Positions 49,139-53,029 of a stretch of DNA of 53,029 nucleotides are shown here, one piece after another (positions within the stretch are counted from its first letter, which is position 1; every line of letters begins with the position of its first letter). The notes under the pieces were generated by a model. That model was not told where the DNA came from, ran no database searches, and saw nothing but the letters and a program-made list of their open reading frames with translations. The position numbers and the translations under genes were made by a program. This DNA is from a virus (Duplodnaviria; Caudoviricetes), in the IMG/VR virus record IMGVR_UViG_3300044451_000119, positions 1 through 53,029 of that record; one strand, given 5' to 3'.

Positions 49139-49375
49139 TTATCCATAAAGTGGCTCTGTTCCATATTCCCAATCATCATAATCATCATCATTGCGAATTT
49201 TTGCGTGAATTTTGTTTTGTTTTTCAAAATTATGTTTTATTGGAGTTTCTGAATCCCCAACAACCTCTCGAATTTCTTTCTGATTCGTGTTTTTTGAGTA
49301 ATCTGTGATCAGTGAGGTTGTTCCCCACATCTGATACATGTAATTTTGATCTCTATCAACGGGTAAATTTGACAT
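49139..49375 (-). CDS. Hypothetical protein upstream of gp25
   Basis: 78 aa with AGGAG SD; MYQMWGT...IRNDDDYDDWEYGTEP. Confidence 0.8.
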   Translation of the reverse strand: MSNLPVDRDQNYMYQMWGTTSLITDYSKNTNQKEIREVVGDSETPIKHNFEKQNKIHAKIRNDDDYDDWEYGTEPLYG

Positions 49376-49380
49376 GTTGC

Positions 49381-49425
49381 TCCTAATTCGATTGAATTAG
49401 AACTTTTTACGGGGTTGCCATCCCG
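49381..49425 (-). promoter_or_regulatory. Two-hairpin leader; the second hairpin sequesters the SD of the 78-aa gene
   Basis: Minus strand: CGGG-AT-G-GCAA-C-CCCG, then TAAAAAG, then TTCTAATTC-AATC-GAATTAGGA-GCAAC-ATG. Confidence 0.55.
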
Positions 49426-49438
49426 ATTAAATTAAAAT

Positions 49439-50050
49439 TTAGTACATAAAGTTGTCAGAAGTCTCAATTTTTCTCTTATTCTCAACTGAATATTCGTTCA
49501 TGTCAATTAAATATCCAGGATTTTGAGTGATTCTATTGCAAATCCAAGCATCATCATACCATATGATCTTGTTATTTGGATATGCATAGAAGTTTCCATT
49601 GTCCATTTTGAAAAAATGAGCACATTTATGTTCAGGAGTCTCACTGAAATTAGTATTTAGAGTCGATTTTGACTCCCAGGACCAATCCATCGTGAACATG
49701 TAGACTCCTTCATTCCTTTCTTCCCGATAATTAATCAATTCTGCACGTAGTCCCGCAAGTCGAGATCGAATCTGAACATCAATATAAGGAGAAAAGCAGT
49801 CCCACCACATACAATCTTCCAATTTTGGAACAATTGCATCGGGTTTCCAACAAAATGCATGAATTGGTCTTCGAGTCCAGTTCACACCATTCTCTAAAAA
49901 TGTTTCAAATAGTGGAACTCTTTTTTCAATTGATGCTACTGAATGCACATCACATAAGGTAACGTCTTCATGCCCCTGTTTATGATTGTAAAGAAACTCA
50001 TTACGAATGTAACAAGTGAATGTTGGAAGATTATGATTTAAATATGCCAT
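49439..50050 (-). CDS. Conserved hypothetical protein (Trp/Cys/His-rich)
   Basis: 203 aa; MAYLNHNLP..CYIRNEFL, WWDCFS, EHKCAH, GNFYAYPNN. Confidence 0.8.
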   Translation of the reverse strand: MAYLNHNLPTFTCYIRNEFLYNHKQGHEDVTLCDVHSVASIEKRVPLFETFLENGVNWTRRPIHAFCWKPDAIVPKLEDCMWWDCFSPYIDVQIRSRLAGLRAELINYREERNEGVYMFTMDWSWESKSTLNTNFSETPEHKCAHFFKMDNGNFYAYPNNKIIWYDDAWICNRITQNPGYLIDMNEYSVENKRKIETSDNFMY

Positions 50051-50127
50051 AAAGTTTTGTTTTTAAATAAGAGTCAGGAGTTTTGGGTCTACTCAGGAAC
50101 GCGCATATAAGACTCTTTGCTATCTAT

Positions 50128-50161
50128 AAGAAAAGATCTTCCAAATACATGAAAGATCTTT
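50128..50161 (-). terminator. Probable intrinsic terminator
   Basis: Minus strand AAAGATCTTTC-ATGTATTT-GGAAGATCTTT followed by TCTT, just after the small-ORF operon. Confidence 0.55.
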
Positions 50162-50165
50162 ACGA

Positions 50166-50289
50166 TTACTTACCTTGTTTTCAATAGGGCTTTTACGCAT
50201 TATTTCGACTTGCCACATCCCTGCCGTGTGTTCTTGGGATGAGATTCAATTTTTGCTGATCCAGATAACGACTTTCTTGTTTGTGCCAT
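50166..50289 (-). pseudogene. Decayed small basic protein gene
   Basis: MAQTRKSLSGSAKIESHPKNTRQGCGKSK* (stop 50200-50202); a shifted frame continues SRNNA*KPY*KQGK*. Confidence 0.55.
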
Positions 50290-50427
50290 TTAGTCTTCCT
50301 CCACTTCAATTTCTGTTGGATCTATTTTATCATTGTAAATTTGTTCGGATAATTCGTCAAGAATCTCAGCACATTGTTCATGACTGAGATTCCGATAAAT
50401 GATTCTACCGTTATAAAGAATTCTCAT
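50290..50427 (-). CDS. Small acidic hypothetical protein (45 aa)
   Basis: Not in the track. MRILYNGRIIYRNLSHEQCAEILDELSEQIYNDKIDPTEIEVEED; TGATG coupling with the upstream gene. Confidence 0.7.
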   Translation of the reverse strand: MRILYNGRIIYRNLSHEQCAEILDELSEQIYNDKIDPTEIEVEED

Positions 50428-51197
50428 CAGATAATACGAGTTTTTTCATGACCGACACGAATGCGAGGATCACACCAGGTCTCAATACCCAGTTCCTTTG
50501 CATCTAAACAGAAGCTCACGTCTTCGCCACACATGTCTTGAACTGCACCAGACTCAAACTGTTGCATCTTTGGAGCAAACCAAGGATACTCCATACGTTC
50601 AAATACACCATTCTTAATCATGACCCAACCAAAACCAGTGTAGTCCGCAATGAAAGGTTTCTTACGCTTTGCCATCGATTCCACAGTTTCGTGATTCATC
50701 ACACCACCGTTCTTACGAAACTCTTCTTCCTCTAACCAATGAGCAACAGAGGTTGTATGACCGTCTTCGGTTGCATACCAACCACATGCAATCTCACGTT
50801 CTTCACCACTTTCAGGAACTGCAAGATCACACAGTTGCCAGAATTTTTCAGTGTTGAATACAATGTCATTATCAATCCAAAGTTGATAATCGTATTCCAG
50901 TTTTCCATCCCAGGGAATTTGCTTCGGACCACGAAGAACATTTGCACCAAGAACTTTACAACGTGCAAAGTTCACCATGGATGAATAATCCTGAGAAATT
51001 TGAATACTCATTCCGTTTTGAACCATATCAAAACAGAGTTGTACAAAGTTTTTCAGAAATGTGTAAGAGCAACCACGACCAGGTAGGCAGAATACAATTC
51101 GCTTACCTTTCATTCGCTCTTTAATTGCAGCAATATCCCACTCGGGTGCCTTCTGTGCAAAGGGGGAGTTTGCTTTCACTACAAATCCTTTTGCCAT
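50427..51197 (-). CDS. Glycosyltransferase-like protein (GT-A/family-2-like)
   Basis: YDYQLWIDNDIVF (DxD), DYTGFGWVMIK, GEDVSFC, RIRVGHEK. Confidence 0.75.
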   Translation of the reverse strand: MAKGFVVKANSPFAQKAPEWDIAAIKERMKGKRIVFCLPGRGCSYTFLKNFVQLCFDMVQNGMSIQISQDYSSMVNFARCKVLGANVLRGPKQIPWDGKLEYDYQLWIDNDIVFNTEKFWQLCDLAVPESGEEREIACGWYATEDGHTTSVAHWLEEEEFRKNGGVMNHETVESMAKRKKPFIADYTGFGWVMIKNGVFERMEYPWFAPKMQQFESGAVQDMCGEDVSFCLDAKELGIETWCDPRIRVGHEKTRII

Positions 51198-51222
51198 AAG
51201 TAATTTCCTTTATTCAAGTTCA

Positions 51223-51251
51223 AGTTTACAGTAAATAGAATGATCTGTCAA
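51223..51251 (-). promoter_or_regulatory. Sigma70-type early promoter TTGACA-N17-TAAACT
   Basis: Minus strand TTGACA gatcattctatttactg TAAACT, about 25 nt upstream of the glycosyltransferase ATG. Confidence 0.75.
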
Positions 51252-51252
51252 T

Positions 51253-51423
51253 CTATGATGAGGCATTCACAATTTCAAAGTCGTCTGCAATATAATCGGT
51301 TTTTATTCCACTGATCGCTATCAATCCCTGAATTGTCAGCAGATTTTTCTCTGCTTCCTCTTTCGTTTTCAGATCGTCACAGAATATAACTCCTGTTGTT
51401 TTTGCTCGTATTTGATATGCCAT
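51253..51423 (-). CDS. Small hypothetical protein (56 aa)
   Basis: Not in the track. MAYQIRAKTTGVIFCDDLKTKEEAEKNLLTIQGLIAISGIKTDYIADDFEIV; late-promoter motif at 51451-51457. Confidence 0.6.
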   Translation of the reverse strand: MAYQIRAKTTGVIFCDDLKTKEEAEKNLLTIQGLIAISGIKTDYIADDFEIVNASS

Positions 51424-51453
51424 GAGGGTTGCATAATTTCACCTTGCATCTAT

Positions 51454-51630
51454 TTATGAGAATATCAGGTTGATCAACCGAACTGCTGCCCAACCTGTCA
51501 ATACACACACTGGATAACGTATCAGAGGATTCCAGAAGATCTGGCGAGGATATCGGCCGCACCAACCAGCTAACACGACTTTCCAAAAAGACCAATACGG
51601 TGAATTTTTTCTGCGAAATTTTTTTGCCAT
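51454..51630 (-). CDS. Small basic/hydrophobic hypothetical protein (58 aa)
   Basis: Not in the track. MAKKFRRKNSPYWSFWKVVLAGWCGRYPRQIFWNPLIRYPVCVLTGWAAVRLINLIFS. Confidence 0.6.
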   Translation of the reverse strand: MAKKFRRKNSPYWSFWKVVLAGWCGRYPRQIFWNPLIRYPVCVLTGWAAVRLINLIFS

Positions 51631-51802
51631 AAGAGGGTTTTTGTGGTCGTTTTATATACTGGGAAATTTTTTTTGAGTCTGATATTTAGAGGTCGATTTG
51701 GGTTCGTTGTAGGTTAGGGGAGGTTGGGATTTTTATAACCGCATCGCCCGCAAAAATATAAACGAACCCCCATAAAAACACTGCCAAAATCACATCATCT
51801 GC

Positions 51803-51842
51803 AAAAAGTGTCACGAACGATAACACATTCGTCCGTGACACT
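51803..51842 (-). terminator. Intrinsic terminator closing the early operon
   Basis: Minus strand AGTGTCACGGACGA-ATGTGTTA-TCGTTCGTGACACT-TTTT: 14-bp stem with one G-U pair and a U tract, 10 nt after the upstream stop. Confidence 0.75.
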
Positions 51843-51851
51843 CAGCATCAA

Positions 51852-52433
51852 TCAGGCGAGCACAAGTTCATCCAGATTCTCTACATCAATCTGATCAAAT
51901 TGCTCGGAGCGTGTAAAGTTCCGCACATCGCTAATATCAAAGAATAGGTCCACAGATTCGACCACACCGTTATACTGTGCCTGCAAGACTTCATTAACCT
52001 TGGTGCGAGACTTTGCAGACAGGACATCATCGAATCCGACAACATCTCCGCCCTTGTTAAAGCGAGGTGCAACACGGGGAAGAATACTCACAAAGAGAAC
52101 TTTCTCCATCTCAGCATTAGGAGCAAACATGATTCGCGCTGCTTCACCGATAGTGGTGTTCGCGTAGTTCTTGATATTTTTGTTGACATTGCTATTGATA
52201 GCTTTGGCAAGAATTGCAACCTTAAGTTGACCCTCACTGAAACCAGCAATGTCTACATCAAAAGTGCCGCCGAAACCATCAACGGACAACTGATATTCAT
52301 ATTCCCAGGTATATTCTGCCCACTCAGGATTCGAATTCAGAACTTCATCGAGCAGCACTTTGTGCAGTTCATCAGTACGCTTTGATGAACGTACATTTTG
52401 AAACGAAGTGATCAGAAAGTCGGAGATTTGCAT
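51852..52433 (-). CDS. PD-(D/E)XK restriction-endonuclease-like protein
   Basis: EYEYQL...FDVDIAG...VAILAKAINSNVNKNIKNYANTTIGE follows the E...D...xxK plus Asn-rich helix layout of type II restriction endonuclease folds. Confidence 0.55.
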   Translation of the reverse strand: MQISDFLITSFQNVRSSKRTDELHKVLLDEVLNSNPEWAEYTWEYEYQLSVDGFGGTFDVDIAGFSEGQLKVAILAKAINSNVNKNIKNYANTTIGEAARIMFAPNAEMEKVLFVSILPRVAPRFNKGGDVVGFDDVLSAKSRTKVNEVLQAQYNGVVESVDLFFDISDVRNFTRSEQFDQIDVENLDELVLA

Positions 52434-52472
52434 TGGTTGATTATAAACGAAGAACGAATGAGTTAGTTATAC

Positions 52473-52664
52473 TCAGGAGTATAAAGGTCCGGAATAATCT
52501 GTATAAAGACCTGCAAGTTCAGCAGCAGAGAATCCATCAATGCCAGCAAGTTTGAAACACTCAGAACTGTGAGAGTTAAGTTGTGTATGACCTTTGACGA
52601 CATTAGTTGCAACCCAAATCGTCTCCTTAGTGTTGAGATCAGTTGCGATGTTGTAGAGTGCCAT
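52473..52664 (-). CDS. Small hypothetical early protein
   Basis: 63-aa ORF co-oriented with its neighbours. Confidence 0.65.
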   Translation of the reverse strand: MALYNIATDLNTKETIWVATNVVKGHTQLNSHSSECFKLAGIDGFSAAELAGLYTDYSGPLYS

Positions 52665-52751
52665 GAGAAAAAAGATAAGGTGAAAAGTGTTAACGAAGAA
52701 TCAAACGTGATGGCGAGGTGGTGCTTTTAATGTCATCACCAGGGCAGAAAT

Positions 52752-53029
52752 TCAGTTCAGGCGCATACCGGAGAAGAAAGGAACTTTATCTCCGTTGATA
52801 GTGATGAACCACTGGCCTTTCTGTTGGAAGACACGCTCACCATCACAGCCGTGTGCAGCAAGAATAGCATTCAGACGGGACTTGGTGGTAGCAGTTTTCC
52901 AACCACCATCAAACAACTCAATCCAAGTTTCACCGATACGAGCGATCAGATTGCCATGCAGGTAGACATCAGCGACATTGGTGCAGTTGATGACTTCGGT
53001 GTTGTCAAACTTGAAGTCAACACCGTTGG
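52752..53029 (-). CDS. Hypothetical early protein, C-terminal part (start outside the window)
   Basis: Not in the track. ...DNTEVIN...VYLHGNLIARI...FDGGWKTATTKSRLNAIL...VFQQKGQWF...FFSGMRLN*; pattern I recognise from cyanophage early genes. Confidence 0.8.
   Translation of the reverse strand, partial: NGVDFKFDNTEVINCTNVADVYLHGNLIARIGETWIELFDGGWKTATTKSRLNAILAAHGCDGERVFQQKGQWFITINGDKVPFFSGMRLN

Noticed and set aside
91-51124. All plus-strand ORFs and short nested minus-strand ORFs in the track (e.g. 364-708, 4109-4519, 15337-15861, 38673-39017)
   Set aside because: They overlap well-supported minus-strand genes, have no recognisable motifs and read as antisense or alternate-frame shadows.
51377-51595. 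72-aa minus-strand ORF from the track
   Set aside because: Two ATG-initiated ORFs in other frames (51454-51630 and 51253-51423) tile the region better and fit the late-promoter motif between them.
52708-52750. Hammerhead ribozyme
   Set aside because: Only a partial TGATGA resemblance; the CUGANGA/GAAA core and three stems are not present.
1-53029. tRNA genes and photosynthesis or other auxiliary metabolic genes
   Set aside because: No cloverleaf or T-loop in a suitable context and no psbA, hli or similar ORFs were seen by eye; tRNAscan would be needed to be certain.

Overview
This window is the virion-structural module of a T4-like cyanomyovirus, most likely a freshwater Synechococcus/Cyanobium-type phage (inferred from gene order and protein character). 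Every credible gene is on the minus strand. In transcription order (right to left) it holds: the end of a GC-richer early region with small ORFs, a PD-(D/E)XK restriction-endonuclease-like gene, a structured non-coding boundary and a glycosyltransferase-like gene; baseplate genes gp25, gp6, gp7 (4415 aa), gp8 and a VrlC-like protein (2916 aa); neck/tail genes gp13-gp15; small terminase gp16; two fibre-like genes; an accessory cluster (about 8.4-12.8 kb); then gp17-gp21 and the 5' end of gp22. T4-type late promoters (ATAAATA) precede most genes, often overlapping the previous stop codon. The best candidate for an undescribed system is the 9.0-12.8 kb cluster, which looks like capsid-loaded, protease-processed cargo: an unannotated 51-aa ORF starting MKTYKEFQEE (close to the T4 capsid-targeting sequence), a 633-aa chain of small modules joined by hydrophobic-X-E linkers, and a gene whose duplicated C-terminal module lies in frame behind a TAA stop, plus a consensus sigma70 promoter firing antisense into the cluster. 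Also notable: one ~70-aa domain inserted 11 times into three virion proteins, and a Reelin-like domain in gp7. All family assignments come from my recognition of motifs and synteny; no database search was run.
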